DNA of 64,000 nt from Candidatus Omnitrophota bacterium. GTDB lineage: Bacteria; Omnitrophota; Gorgyraeia; Aquiviventales; Aquiviventaceae. A program made the translations under genes and the position numbers. The stretch is from the NCBI GenBank assembly GCA_016198905.1, contig JACQHR010000004.1, forward strand, positions 3,485-67,484. Direction: 5' to 3'. How positions within the stretch are numbered: the first letter of the stretch is position 1; the number at the start of each line of letters is the position of its first letter. Under the pieces are notes generated by a model, which made no database searches, was not told the origin of the DNA, and was given only the letters and a program-made list of their open reading frames with translations. Positions 22,408-31,515 of this stretch are shown here, piece by piece.

Positions 22408-24249
22408 ATGGGACAGACCCAAACAGACCTCACGGTATGGATCGGGGGGGCGGCCGGTGACGGCATCGCCTCGGCCGGAGAATCATTCGCGAAGGCCTGT
22501 TCGCGTTCAGGTTACCACGTGTTTGCGCACAACAGCTACCAGTCGGTGATTCGTGGCGGCCATGTCTGCATGCACATCCGCATCGGCCAGCAAAAAGTCT
22601 ACACGCAAGGCGATGTGTGCAACTATCTCGTCGCCCTCAACCAAGACACGTTCCAGCGCTACGCCAAGCGGGTGACCAAGGGCGGCGCGGTGTTCTATAA
22701 CACGGATAAGTTCAAAGCCGCGCAGGATCAGGTGGCTGCCGGCGTGCAGCTCATCGGGATTCCCGTCATGGAACTAGCCGGCAATCAGCTGATGCAGAAC
22801 ACGGCGCTGATGGGTGCCCTCATGCAGGTCATCGGCGTCGATGCTGCGGCCATCCGCGAGATGATCAAGGAGCGCTTCACCAAGAAGGGCGAAGCGGTCA
22901 TCACGACCAACCTCGATGCCTTCGACAAAGGCGGCGCGTTTGCGCACGAGAAGTTCAAGCCGGGCGAAATCAGGGTCGGCAAGGGTGATGGCAAGCGACG
23001 GCCGCTCGCGGGCGGCAATCCCCTAATCGCGTTTGGATCGGTGGCCGCGGGGTGCCGCTTCTATTCGGCGTATCCGATGACGCCCGCCTCGTCGATCTTG
23101 CACTGGATGGTCAAGTACGCGGCCAAGGCCGGTGTGCTCGTGAAGCAGTGCGAGGATGAAATCGCCGCGATGAACATGGCGATCGGCGCCGGCCATGTGG
23201 GCGTGCGCGCGATGACCGGAACCGCCGGCGGCGGATTCGCCCTCATGACCGAAGCCATCGGTGAGGCCGGGATGACCGAAACGCCCGTCGTCATCGTCGA
23301 AGTCCAGCGCGGCGGGCCCTCGACAGGGCTTCCCACCAAGACCGAGCAGGCGGATCTGTTCCAGCTGCTTGGCGCTTCGCAAGGCGAATTTCCCCGCGTC
23401 ATCTTCGCTCCTCGCACCCTGCAAGAATGCTACTCCATGGCCATTGACGCGCACAATCTCGCCGAGAAATATCAGTGTCCGATCCTCATCACGAGCGATC
23501 TGTATCTGTCCGAGCGGCTCGAGACCTTCGATGGCGTGGATATCAATCATGTGAAAATCGATCGCGGCCCGCTCGTGACCCAATCCGACGGCGCCTATCG
23601 GCGCTTTCTCTTAACGCCGACCGGCGTCTCACCCCGCGCGCTGCCCGGCACGCCCGGCACGATCTACACGGCGGCGACCGATGAGCACGACGAAGACGGC
23701 ATCGTGATCAGCGACGTCTTCACGAATCCGGCGATGCGCGTGAAGATGATGGACAAGCGCATGCGCAAGATCGAGCACCTGCTCAAGGAGCTGCCTGCGC
23801 CGACGATCGATGGGCCAAACGATGCGGACTTGACCCTCGTGGGTTGGGGCTCGACGTACCAAGTCATGCTCGAGGCGATGGAAGCGCTCAACAAGGAAGG
23901 CCTGAAGGTCAACGTGTTCTGTCTGCGCATCATCGCGCCGTTTCAAGTGAATGAGGTGCGCGCGCTTCTCGAGACATGCAAGGTGACGATGTCGGTGGAG
24001 GCGAATTACACCGGCCAGATCGTCAAGCTCATCCGCATGGAGACGGGCCTCTCGATCCAGCACCACCTGCGCAAGTACGACGGCGAGCCCTTCGAGCCGA
24101 AACAGGTGATCGATCAGGCGCGCACGATCCTCAAGACCAAGCCGAAGCAATCGGTCCTCGCAAGCGTTCAGAGCGACGAAGGCTTGCCGCCGGATTTCTC
24201 GCCCATTGAACATCCGGCGATCGGTGCCGAGGCGGCACGACAGCACTAA
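22408..24249 (+). CDS. 2-oxoacid:ferredoxin oxidoreductase alpha subunit (KorA-type, fused gamma/alpha domains), cluster 1
   Basis: 613 aa. N-terminal GGAAGDGIASAG motif. Central YPMTPAS and EDEIAAMNMAIGA motifs. Followed by a beta subunit. Confidence 0.85.
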   Translation: MGQTQTDLTVWIGGAAGDGIASAGESFAKACSRSGYHVFAHNSYQSVIRGGHVCMHIRIGQQKVYTQGDVCNYLVALNQDTFQRYAKRVTKGGAVFYNTDKFKAAQDQVAAGVQLIGIPVMELAGNQLMQNTALMGALMQVIGVDAAAIREMIKERFTKKGEAVITTNLDAFDKGGAFAHEKFKPGEIRVGKGDGKRRPLAGGNPLIAFGSVAAGCRFYSAYPMTPASSILHWMVKYAAKAGVLVKQCEDEIAAMNMAIGAGHVGVRAMTGTAGGGFALMTEAIGEAGMTETPVVIVEVQRGGPSTGLPTKTEQADLFQLLGASQGEFPRVIFAPRTLQECYSMAIDAHNLAEKYQCPILITSDLYLSERLETFDGVDINHVKIDRGPLVTQSDGAYRRFLLTPTGVSPRALPGTPGTIYTAATDEHDEDGIVISDVFTNPAMRVKMMDKRMRKIEHLLKELPAPTIDGPNDADLTLVGWGSTYQVMLEAMEALNKEGLKVNVFCLRIIAPFQVNEVRALLETCKVTMSVEANYTGQIVKLIRMETGLSIQHHLRKYDGEPFEPKQVIDQARTILKTKPKQSVLASVQSDEGLPPDFSPIEHPAIGAEAARQH

Positions 24250-24264
24250 TGTAGGAGGAAATGA

Positions 24265-25125
24265 ATGGCGCAGGTGAAAGAGTACATCGGGAAGGTCAAG
24301 CCGGACTGGTGCCCGGGGTGCGGTGACTTCGGCGTCCTGAACGCGCTGCAGCGAGCCCTCGCCGATCTTGACATTGCGCCGCACAACGTCCAGGTCGTCT
24401 CCGGCATCGGCTGTTCCTCCAACTTGCCCGGATTTCTCAACGCCTACGGCTTTCACGGACTGCACGGCCGGTCATTGCCGGTGGCGACGGGTGCTAAGCT
24501 TGGCAACCACAGCCTGACGGTGATCGCGACCGGCGGGGATGGTGACGGCTACGGCATCGGCGTCGGCCACTTCGTCCACACGTGCCGCCGCAACATCGAC
24601 ATGACGTACATCGTCATGGATAATCAGATTTACGGCCTCACGACCGGCCAGGCCTCGCCGACGACGGAGAAGGACGTCCGCACGAAGTCCACGCCTGAAG
24701 GCACCATCGAGATTGCGCTCAGCCCTATCGCCCTGGCATTATCGTGTGGCGCCACGTACGTTGCGCGAGGATTCTCCGGTGAGAACCTCCACCTCGCTCA
24801 ACTCATGAAGGGAGCGATTGAGCACAAGGGTTTCGCGCTTGTTGACGTCTTCTCACCCTGTGTCACCTACAACAAGCACAACACGTATCCCTGGTTTCGT
24901 GAGCGGGTCTACAAGTTGGAAGACGAGCGGCACGACCCTTCAGATTTTCGGCTCGCGATGGAGAAAGCGTTCGAATGGGGCGCTCGCATTCCGATCGGCC
25001 TCTTCTATAAGGTCAACCGGCCGACCTATGAAGATGAAGAGCCGGCATTGCGCAGCGGCATTCCCTTGGCGAAGCTTCCGCTGCAGCGCAACGATCTAGC
25101 CTCGTTCATGGAGGATTTCATTTAA
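24265..25125 (+). CDS. 2-oxoacid:ferredoxin oxidoreductase beta subunit (KorB-type, TPP-binding), cluster 1
   Basis: AGGAGG 6 nt upstream. WCPGCGDFG Fe-S motif and GGDGDGYGIG TPP motif. Confidence 0.85.
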   Translation: MAQVKEYIGKVKPDWCPGCGDFGVLNALQRALADLDIAPHNVQVVSGIGCSSNLPGFLNAYGFHGLHGRSLPVATGAKLGNHSLTVIATGGDGDGYGIGVGHFVHTCRRNIDMTYIVMDNQIYGLTTGQASPTTEKDVRTKSTPEGTIEIALSPIALALSCGATYVARGFSGENLHLAQLMKGAIEHKGFALVDVFSPCVTYNKHNTYPWFRERVYKLEDERHDPSDFRLAMEKAFEWGARIPIGLFYKVNRPTYEDEEPALRSGIPLAKLPLQRNDLASFMEDFI

Positions 25126-25193
25126 TTCAGCACACAGCACCCAGCAGACAGCACACAGCCGTGCACTAGCTGTTGAAAGCGAGCGAGAACACC

Positions 25194-25502
25194 ATGCCGA
25201 CATTGACGAAGGTTGCGCAGAAATCTGACATCCCGCCAGGCACGGGCAAGGTCGTTGACGTTGGCGGCAAAGCCATCGCCGTGTTCAACTGCGAGGGCAC
25301 GTTCTACGCGACGGACAATGCGTGCAAGCATCGCGGCGGGCCGCTCGGTGAAGGCACGCTCACAGGCACCACGGTCATGTGCCCCTGGCATGGTTGGGAA
25401 TACGATGTGACGAACGGTGCGTGCTCGATGGATCCGGCCATTAAGGTGGCGACATTTGAAGTGAAGGTGCAAGGAGACGACGTGCTCGTGGCCGTCAGTT
25501 AA
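25194..25502 (+). CDS. Rieske [2Fe-2S] ferredoxin (NirD-like small subunit type)
   Basis: CKHRGGPL ... CPWHGWEY Rieske ligand motifs. ATG 25194 chosen over TTG 25173. Confidence 0.8.
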   Translation: MPTLTKVAQKSDIPPGTGKVVDVGGKAIAVFNCEGTFYATDNACKHRGGPLGEGTLTGTTVMCPWHGWEYDVTNGACSMDPAIKVATFEVKVQGDDVLVAVS

Positions 25503-25520
25503 CCGGGACAACGATCTTTG

Positions 25521-26507
25521 ATGGAACGCGCATGTGTCGCCCTGATCTCCGGAGGGCTTGATAGCGCCCTGGCCGCGAAGCTGATGCTCGAACAACGCCT
25601 CGAGGTTCAGGGCTTGTTTCTTTCCATGAGCTGGGGCTGCTGCGAGAAGGCAAAAGCCCAGGCCTGCGCGCAGCAGCTGGGCATTCCCCTCATGGTGCTG
25701 AGCGTCGGCGACGCGTACCTCGACGTGCTCCGCGCGCCGAAGTACGGCTACGGCAGCGGCATGAACCCGTGCGTCGACTGCCGCATCTACATGTTCCGCA
25801 TCGCGAAGCGGTACATGGAGGAAGTCGGCGCCGGATTTGTGGTGACCGGCGAGGTCCTTGGGCAACGGCCCATGTCGCAGATGCGCCGGCCGCTAGATCT
25901 CATTGAAGCCGAAAGCGGCCTCGAAGGACTGTTGTTGCGCCCGCTCTCCGCGCAGCTCCTTGAGCCCACGCTGCCGGAGCTCTTAGGGATTGTGGACCGC
26001 GAGCGGTTATTGAACCTGGCTGGCCGCTCCCGGCAGGAGCAATTTGCGTTAGCGAAAGCCGGCGGAATCACCGAGCACTCGACACCGGCGGGCGGGTGCC
26101 TCCTGACCGACGAGCATTTTGCGAAGAAAGCCAAAGACCTGTTTGCGAATGAAGAGCACCCGACGACCAAGGACATGGAGTTGTTGACGATCGGCCGCCA
26201 CTTTCGGGTCGCCGCGCATACGAAGATCATCATCGGCCGCAACGAGCTGGAAAACCTCATGCTCGAAGGCCACGCGCAAGAGGGCTATACGTGTCTGCGG
26301 CCGAAGTTTGCCGGACCCGCAGCGCTCGTGGCCGGCGCCTGCGCGGAAGAAGCGAAATCGCTGGCGGTGTCGCTGATCCTCCGGCATACGAAGGAAGAAA
26401 AGCGTCCCGGCGGGGCATTATCATTTTGGGTGAACGGGAGTCCCTGGACAACGGAGCGTCAACGTCGTGATGTCAGCCAACCAGCAAGCGATGCCATCAA
26501 ACTCTAG
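25521..26507 (+). CDS. PP-loop ATP pyrophosphatase, ThiI-domain-like sulfurtransferase family
   Basis: SGGLDS PP-loop. NPCVDCRIYMF and VTGEVLGQRPMSQ resemble the ThiI/MnmA-type catalytic domain. No THUMP or rhodanese domain seen. Confidence 0.65.
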   Translation: MERACVALISGGLDSALAAKLMLEQRLEVQGLFLSMSWGCCEKAKAQACAQQLGIPLMVLSVGDAYLDVLRAPKYGYGSGMNPCVDCRIYMFRIAKRYMEEVGAGFVVTGEVLGQRPMSQMRRPLDLIEAESGLEGLLLRPLSAQLLEPTLPELLGIVDRERLLNLAGRSRQEQFALAKAGGITEHSTPAGGCLLTDEHFAKKAKDLFANEEHPTTKDMELLTIGRHFRVAAHTKIIIGRNELENLMLEGHAQEGYTCLRPKFAGPAALVAGACAEEAKSLAVSLILRHTKEEKRPGGALSFWVNGSPWTTERQRRDVSQPASDAIKL

Positions 26508-28272
26508 CCAAGCCAACATCGATTACGTCTTCCGCGTCGGCGGCGAAGGCGGCGAAGGAGTCATCAGCACCGGCGAGATGCTCACCGTTGCGTTGGCCCG
26601 CGCGGGATTTGAGATCTACACGTTCCGCACCTATCCTGCCGAGATCAAGGGCGGCCACGCCAATTATCAAGTGCGCGCCGCGGGCAAGCTGCTGCTCTCG
26701 TACGGAGCCGCCGTGGATGTGCTGCTGGCCTTCAACGAAGAGGCCTACCAGAAACATATCAAGGACGTCCATCCTGGCGGCGTGGTCATCTATGATGCCG
26801 ACAGTTTTACGCCTCCGGCCGATAACGCGCGCATCTATTACGGCGTGCCGTTGACGTCGCTGGCCACCGAGAAGATCGGGGTGAAGCTCACCAAGAACAT
26901 CGTCGCCCTTGGGGTGTGCTCGCAGCTCTTCGAAATCCCCCAAGAGACCTTCCAGGAGCTGCTGCGCGAAAAGTTCACTCGCAAGGGTGAGACGGTGGTG
27001 CAGAAGAATCTGCAGGCGCTGCAGGTGGGTATCGAGTACGTCAAGGGCATCGACAAGCGCGACCCCGTGCGCTTAGGGCCCGGCCCTCGCAAGACCCGCG
27101 AGCTCGTGCTGTCGGGCAACGAGTCGCTCTCGCTTGGCGCGATTGCGGTGGGCTGCCGTTTTTATGCCGGCTATCCGATTACGCCCGCGTCGGACATTAT
27201 GGAGTTTCTTGCGAAGGAGCTGCCGAAGCTCGGCGGCTTCGTGGTGCAGACCGAAGATGAAATCGCCGCTCTCGGCACGGTGCTCGGTGCGTCGTTTGCC
27301 GGCAAGAAAGCGATGACGGCGACTTCGGGTCCTGGTTTTTCGTTGATGACCGAGATGATTGGACTTGCCGTCGTGGCCGAGCTGCCTGCGGTCATCATCA
27401 ACGTGCAGCGTGTCGGCCCCTCGACCGGCATGCCTACCAAGACCGAGCAAGGCGATCTGTATCTGGCCTGCTACGGCGGGCACGGCAACTGTCCGCGCAT
27501 CGTGATGGCGCTCACCAGCGTCGAGGATTGTTTCTACGGGATCATGCGGGCCTTCAATATCGCGGAGCAGTTCCAGATGCCGGTCGTGGTGCTCTCGGAC
27601 GCGTCGCTGGGCCATCGCAAGGCGACGGTGCCGGTACCGGATCTTTCCCGCGTGCCTGTCCTGGAGCGGCGCACACCAGCCGGCCAGGAACTGGTGAACT
27701 ATGGGCGGTACCGTTTTACTCCGGATCATGTCTCTCCGATGTCGATTCCCGGAATGGACGGCGGCGGGTATGTGGCCGAAGGTCTTGAGCACGACGAGCA
27801 TGGCTACCCGGCGGCGTCGAATCATGAGAACCACTTGCGCTCGACGAAGAAGCGCTACGGCAAGTTCCAGGCCGTCGAGGCGATCGCCAATGATTTGACG
27901 CGGACGTACGGCGAGCCGCATCCGGCGATCGGCGTCATCGGCTGGGGTTCGACGGAAGGCGTCATCCGCGAAGCGGTGCAGATGGCGATCGAGAAGGGGT
28001 ATTCCGTTGGCGCGCTCCATCCCAAGATCCTCTACCCGCAGCCGCTCGCCAAACTGACCGAGTTCATGAAGGGGACCAAGGCGATCATCATGCCGGAGGT
28101 CAATTACTCCGGCCAATTCGCGACCCTGCTGCGCAAGCGGTTCGCCTATGATTTCGTTCAGCTCAATAAGTGCGTGGGGCTGCCGTTTACCCCGAAAGAG
28201 ATTTTCGACAAGATTGAGGAGGTGGCAAACAATGTCCGTGCCGGTCGCGGAGTTCACGCCACAAGCGTATAA
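26470..28272 (+). CDS. 2-oxoacid:ferredoxin oxidoreductase alpha subunit (KorA-type), cluster 2
   Basis: Paralogous to 22408..24249 (GGEGGEGVISTG, YPITPAS, EDEIAALGTVLGA). Start uncertain (GTG 26467 or ATG 26470). Confidence 0.85.
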   Translation: MSANQQAMPSNSSQANIDYVFRVGGEGGEGVISTGEMLTVALARAGFEIYTFRTYPAEIKGGHANYQVRAAGKLLLSYGAAVDVLLAFNEEAYQKHIKDVHPGGVVIYDADSFTPPADNARIYYGVPLTSLATEKIGVKLTKNIVALGVCSQLFEIPQETFQELLREKFTRKGETVVQKNLQALQVGIEYVKGIDKRDPVRLGPGPRKTRELVLSGNESLSLGAIAVGCRFYAGYPITPASDIMEFLAKELPKLGGFVVQTEDEIAALGTVLGASFAGKKAMTATSGPGFSLMTEMIGLAVVAELPAVIINVQRVGPSTGMPTKTEQGDLYLACYGGHGNCPRIVMALTSVEDCFYGIMRAFNIAEQFQMPVVVLSDASLGHRKATVPVPDLSRVPVLERRTPAGQELVNYGRYRFTPDHVSPMSIPGMDGGGYVAEGLEHDEHGYPAASNHENHLRSTKKRYGKFQAVEAIANDLTRTYGEPHPAIGVIGWGSTEGVIREAVQMAIEKGYSVGALHPKILYPQPLAKLTEFMKGTKAIIMPEVNYSGQFATLLRKRFAYDFVQLNKCVGLPFTPKEIFDKIEEVANNVRAGRGVHATSV

Positions 28273-29086
28273 AACCGGAGAGCACCCGATTTGGTGCCCC
28301 GGCTGCGGGGACTTCGGGGTGCTCGACTCGCTCTACAAGTCGCTCGCCGGGTTGAAGGTCGATCCGAAGGATCTGGTCGTGGTCTCTGGGATCGGCTGTT
28401 CCGGGCGCACGCCGGGATTCATCCGATCCTACGGATTTCACAGTCTTCATGGGCGCGTCTTGCCGGTGGCGCTCGGCGTCAAGCTGGCGAACCCTGCACT
28501 CTGCGTCATCGGCGTCGGTGGCGACGGCGACGGGTTTGCCATCGGGGGCGGCCACATTCCGCACGCCGCGCGCCGCAACATCGACATGGCCTACCTCATC
28601 ATGGATAATTCGACGTACGGGCTGACGAAAGGGCAATACTCCCCGACCTCGCCGACCGGCTACGTGGCAAGTTCCACGCCCTATGGCAGTATCGAGCAGC
28701 CGCTCAATCCGCTGGCGATGCTCATCGCGTATGGCGCCACGTTTGTGGGGCAAGGCTATTCCGGCAAGCCGCGCGAGCTTGCAGACTTAATCACCAAAGC
28801 GATCGAGCATAAGGGCTTTGCGTTCGTGAACGTGATCAGCCCGTGCATCACGTTCAACAACACGTACAAGGTCATTCCGGCCAAACTTGCGGAAATTCCC
28901 AAGGACCACGACGTGACTGATCGGGTGAAAGCGTTTGCCTTGGCTCTCGAGACTGAGCACGTCCAGCTGGGCGTCTTCTACCAGACGCAACTGCCCACCT
29001 TCGAAGAGGGCGTGGTCCAGGTGATCAAGAAGGCGCAAGCCGCCAGCCCCCCTCGTTTGGAAGCGATCTTCGCTGAGTTCGCATGA
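28232..29086 (+). CDS. 2-oxoacid:ferredoxin oxidoreductase beta subunit (KorB-type), cluster 2
   Basis: GAGGAGG RBS at 28215-28221. WCPGCGDFG and GGDGDGFAIG motifs. Overlaps the alpha subunit 3' end. Confidence 0.85.
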   Translation: MSVPVAEFTPQAYKTGEHPIWCPGCGDFGVLDSLYKSLAGLKVDPKDLVVVSGIGCSGRTPGFIRSYGFHSLHGRVLPVALGVKLANPALCVIGVGGDGDGFAIGGGHIPHAARRNIDMAYLIMDNSTYGLTKGQYSPTSPTGYVASSTPYGSIEQPLNPLAMLIAYGATFVGQGYSGKPRELADLITKAIEHKGFAFVNVISPCITFNNTYKVIPAKLAEIPKDHDVTDRVKAFALALETEHVQLGVFYQTQLPTFEEGVVQVIKKAQAASPPRLEAIFAEFA

Positions 29087-30468
29087 AGACTCGCCTCGAA
29101 CGCGATTCGCTCGGCACCAAGCGCGTCCCGGCCTCTGCCTACTACGGCATCCAAACCTTCCGCGCCGTCGAGAACTTCCCCATCAGCGGTTTAGCACTGC
29201 CCTTCGAGATGATCCGGGCGTTTGCGCTCATCAAGAAAGCATCCGCGCGCGCCAACGGCACGCTCGGCGATCTCTCGCGCCGCCACGCCGCCGTCATCAG
29301 TCGCGCCTGCGATGAGATGCTCAGCGGCAGGTTCGATGACCAGTTCGTCGTCGACGTGTATCAAGCCGGCGCCGGCACCTCGTTCAACATGAACGCCAAT
29401 GAGGTGCTCGCCAACCGCGCCAATGAGCTGCTCCAAGCCCCCAAGGGCAGCTACAAATATCTGCGTCCCAACGATCACATCAACATGGCGCAGTCGACGA
29501 ACGACGTGTTCCCGACGGCCATTCGGCTGGCAGCCCTCATGGCGCTGCCGCCGCTCATTGAGGCCATGCACGGCGTTGAATCGGCGCTGCGAAAGAAAGC
29601 GCGCGAGTTCGGCGGGATCGTGAAAGCCGGGCGCACCCACTTGCAGGATGCGGTGCCGGTGCGGCTCGGCAGGGAATTCGGCGCTTACGCGCTGGCCGTG
29701 GCGAATGCGCGCGAGCACATCGAGCGGACCGCGCGTCTCTTGTATGAGTTGAACCTTGGCGGCACCGCCGTCGGCACCGGCATGAATACGCGCCCGCGCT
29801 ATCGCGTCATCGCCATCCGCGCGCTCGCGCAGTGGATGCGCCTGCCGCTGCGCCCGGCGCGCGACATGATGGAGCGCACGCAAAGCCTCGGGGACTTCGC
29901 GCGGCTCTCCGGCAGCCTGCGCGTCTATGCCCTCGAGCTCATTCGCATTGCGAATGATTTGCGCCTGCTGAGCTCCGGCCCGAACACCGGCTTTGGCGAG
30001 ATCGATTTACCGGTCCTGCAGCCCGGCTCCTCCATCATGCCAGGCAAAGTCAATCCGGTGGTGCCCGAGATGGTCGACATGGTGGGGTTCCAGGTGCTTG
30101 GTCATGACGCGACCGTGGCGTTTGCCACGCAAGCCGGCCAGCTGGAGCTCAACGTGATGATGCCGGTGGTCGCCTACAATCTGCTGCAGGCGATGCATCT
30201 GCTGACGAACGCCAGCCACGTCCTGGCGACTAAATGCGTGAGAGGCATCACGGCGCATCGCGAGCGGTGCGAAGCGCTCGCGCACCGCAGCCTGGCCCTC
30301 ATTACGGCGCTAGCACCTCAGATCGGCTATCTCAACGCGGCGATGGTCGCAAAAGAGTCCTTGAAAACGGGCACAGCCATCCTGGAGTTGGTGGTCGAGC
30401 ACCGCCTGTTGGATGCGAAGGCCGCCGCGCGCGTGCTCGATCCCCGTCGTCTCAGCCGCGGTGCGTGA
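29083..30468 (+). CDS. aspA: Aspartate ammonia-lyase / class II fumarase family lyase (aspartase-like signature)
   Basis: GSSIMPGKVNPVVPEMV signature and VYQAGAGTSFNMNANEVLANRA are closer to the aspartase pattern than the fumarase pattern. ATGA overlap with the upstream beta subunit. Confidence 0.8.
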   Translation: MKTRLERDSLGTKRVPASAYYGIQTFRAVENFPISGLALPFEMIRAFALIKKASARANGTLGDLSRRHAAVISRACDEMLSGRFDDQFVVDVYQAGAGTSFNMNANEVLANRANELLQAPKGSYKYLRPNDHINMAQSTNDVFPTAIRLAALMALPPLIEAMHGVESALRKKAREFGGIVKAGRTHLQDAVPVRLGREFGAYALAVANAREHIERTARLLYELNLGGTAVGTGMNTRPRYRVIAIRALAQWMRLPLRPARDMMERTQSLGDFARLSGSLRVYALELIRIANDLRLLSSGPNTGFGEIDLPVLQPGSSIMPGKVNPVVPEMVDMVGFQVLGHDATVAFATQAGQLELNVMMPVVAYNLLQAMHLLTNASHVLATKCVRGITAHRERCEALAHRSLALITALAPQIGYLNAAMVAKESLKTGTAILELVVEHRLLDAKAAARVLDPRRLSRGA

Positions 30469-30482
30469 CGGCTCCCCACTGC

Positions 30483-30511
30483 TTGCCGCCGTTAGGGTTC
30501 CATGTTACAAT
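30483..30511 (+). promoter_or_regulatory. Candidate sigma70-type promoter upstream of the tRNA cluster
   Basis: TTGCCG (30483-30488), a 17-nt spacer, then TACAAT (30506-30511), about 105 nt upstream of tRNA-Arg. Sequence match only. Confidence 0.35.
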
Positions 30512-30616
30512 TTTTCGTTTAGCATCACTCACGAGCAGGAGTATCACCGCGTTTCCGCATACATCTCGCTTCGTGGACGTTAGCTCACTCTCAACGGGAT
30601 TTGCATCGATCCGACC

Positions 30617-30690
30617 GCGCCCGTAGCTCAATCGGATAGAGCGCTTGGCTTCGAACCAAGAGGCAGCAGGTTCGAATCCTGCCGGGCGCG
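30617..30690 (+). tRNA. tRNA-Arg (anticodon UCG)
   Basis: Manual cloverleaf. Acceptor GCGCCCG/CGGGCGC, D arm GCTC/GAGC, anticodon stem CTTGG/CCAAG with loop CTTCGAA, T arm GCAGG-TTCGAAT-CCTGC. 74 nt, no encoded CCA. Confidence 0.85.
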
Positions 30691-30705
30691 CGCTTAATCA
30701 TTAGT

Positions 30706-30834
30706 GGCAGGATTCGAAGGGAGCCGCGACGTTAGCTCCACGTCGGTGCGACGGACAGGAGCACCGACCTTCCTTGGGAGCGGCGGGTGCCTACCCGGCA
30801 CGAGCGTAGCGAGTGAAGGAAGGCGAATCCTGCC
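30706..30834. repeat. Structured insert bounded by 11-bp inverted repeats that mimic the tRNA-Arg T arm
   Basis: GGCAGGATTCG (30706-30716) and CGAATCCTGCC (30824-30834) are perfect reverse complements. The interior has several short GC hairpins. It lies between two copies of the tRNA-Arg 3' segment. Confidence 0.5.
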
Positions 30835-30925
30835 GGGCGCGCTCTTAACAATAGTTTCGAGTTCCGAGTTTCGTGTTCCGAGTTCACATGGAACGTGAAA
30901 CGTTGAACGTGAAACTTGTTATGAC

Positions 30926-30998
30926 GGGCCGCTAGCTCAATTGGTAGAGCAGGGGACTCTTAATCCCAAGGTTGATGGTTCGAAGCCATCGCGGCCCA
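30926..30998 (+). tRNA. tRNA-Lys (anticodon CUU)
   Basis: Manual cloverleaf. Acceptor GGGCCGC/GCGGCCC, anticodon loop CTCTTAA, T arm GATGG-TTCGAAG-CCATC. 73 nt. Confidence 0.8.
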
Positions 30999-31033
30999 TC
31001 GTTTGACTCAAGAGACGTGTGATGCCCCATTTC

Positions 31034-31115
31034 GGGCGGATGGCGGAACTGGCAGACGCGACGGCCTTAGGAGCCGTTGGGGCAACCCTTGGAGGTTCAA
31101 ATCCTCTTCCGCCCA
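31034..31115 (+). tRNA. tRNA-Leu (anticodon UAG), long variable arm
   Basis: Acceptor GGGCGGA/TCCGCCC, anticodon stem ACGGC/GCCGT with loop CTTAGGA, long variable arm, T arm GGAGG-TTCAAAT-CCTCT. 82 nt. Confidence 0.8.
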
Positions 31116-31312
31116 TCTTTGTTTACAGGGAAGAGGATTTGCAAGGAGCGTCCTATTGAAATTAATAACAGACTGGCCCGTACGCTGTTGATCATCTTGC
31201 GTACAGGAAAGGGAGACAAGGAGTGTCATAATTACGTGGACGCGACGATAGGAGGGAAAACCTGGGTTTTCCCTCCTATGGAGCGAGCGATTAGATTTCG
31301 TGAGCGAGCGAC

Positions 31313-31387
31313 GCGGGTGTAGCTCAGCGGTAGAGCATCACGTTGCCAACGTGAGGGTCGTGGGTTCAAGTCCCATCACCCGCTCCA
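31313..31387 (+). tRNA. tRNA-Gly (anticodon GCC), CCA encoded
   Basis: Acceptor GCGGGTG/CACCCGC, anticodon stem TCACG/CGTGA with loop TTGCCAA, T arm GTGGG-TTCAAGT-CCCAT, followed by TCCA. Confidence 0.85.
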
Positions 31388-31515
31388 TTTTTGACAATAG
31401 CTCGTGGGGACTTGAAGGGAGGCCCGTCAGATAGCACATGCGAGGGGCGCGTCTCCTTTCACATCAGGTTCATGCACGCATGACGTCATGACGGCGCAGC
31501 GATGAGGGCAGAGAC

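Noticed and set aside
30704-31322. Track ORFs 30704-30898, 31003-31191, 31008-31229 (minus strand) and 31077-31322 within the tRNA cluster.
   Set aside because: They overlap tRNA genes or the structured repeat. They use GTG or TTG starts without an RBS and have no motif, so they are not credible coding regions.
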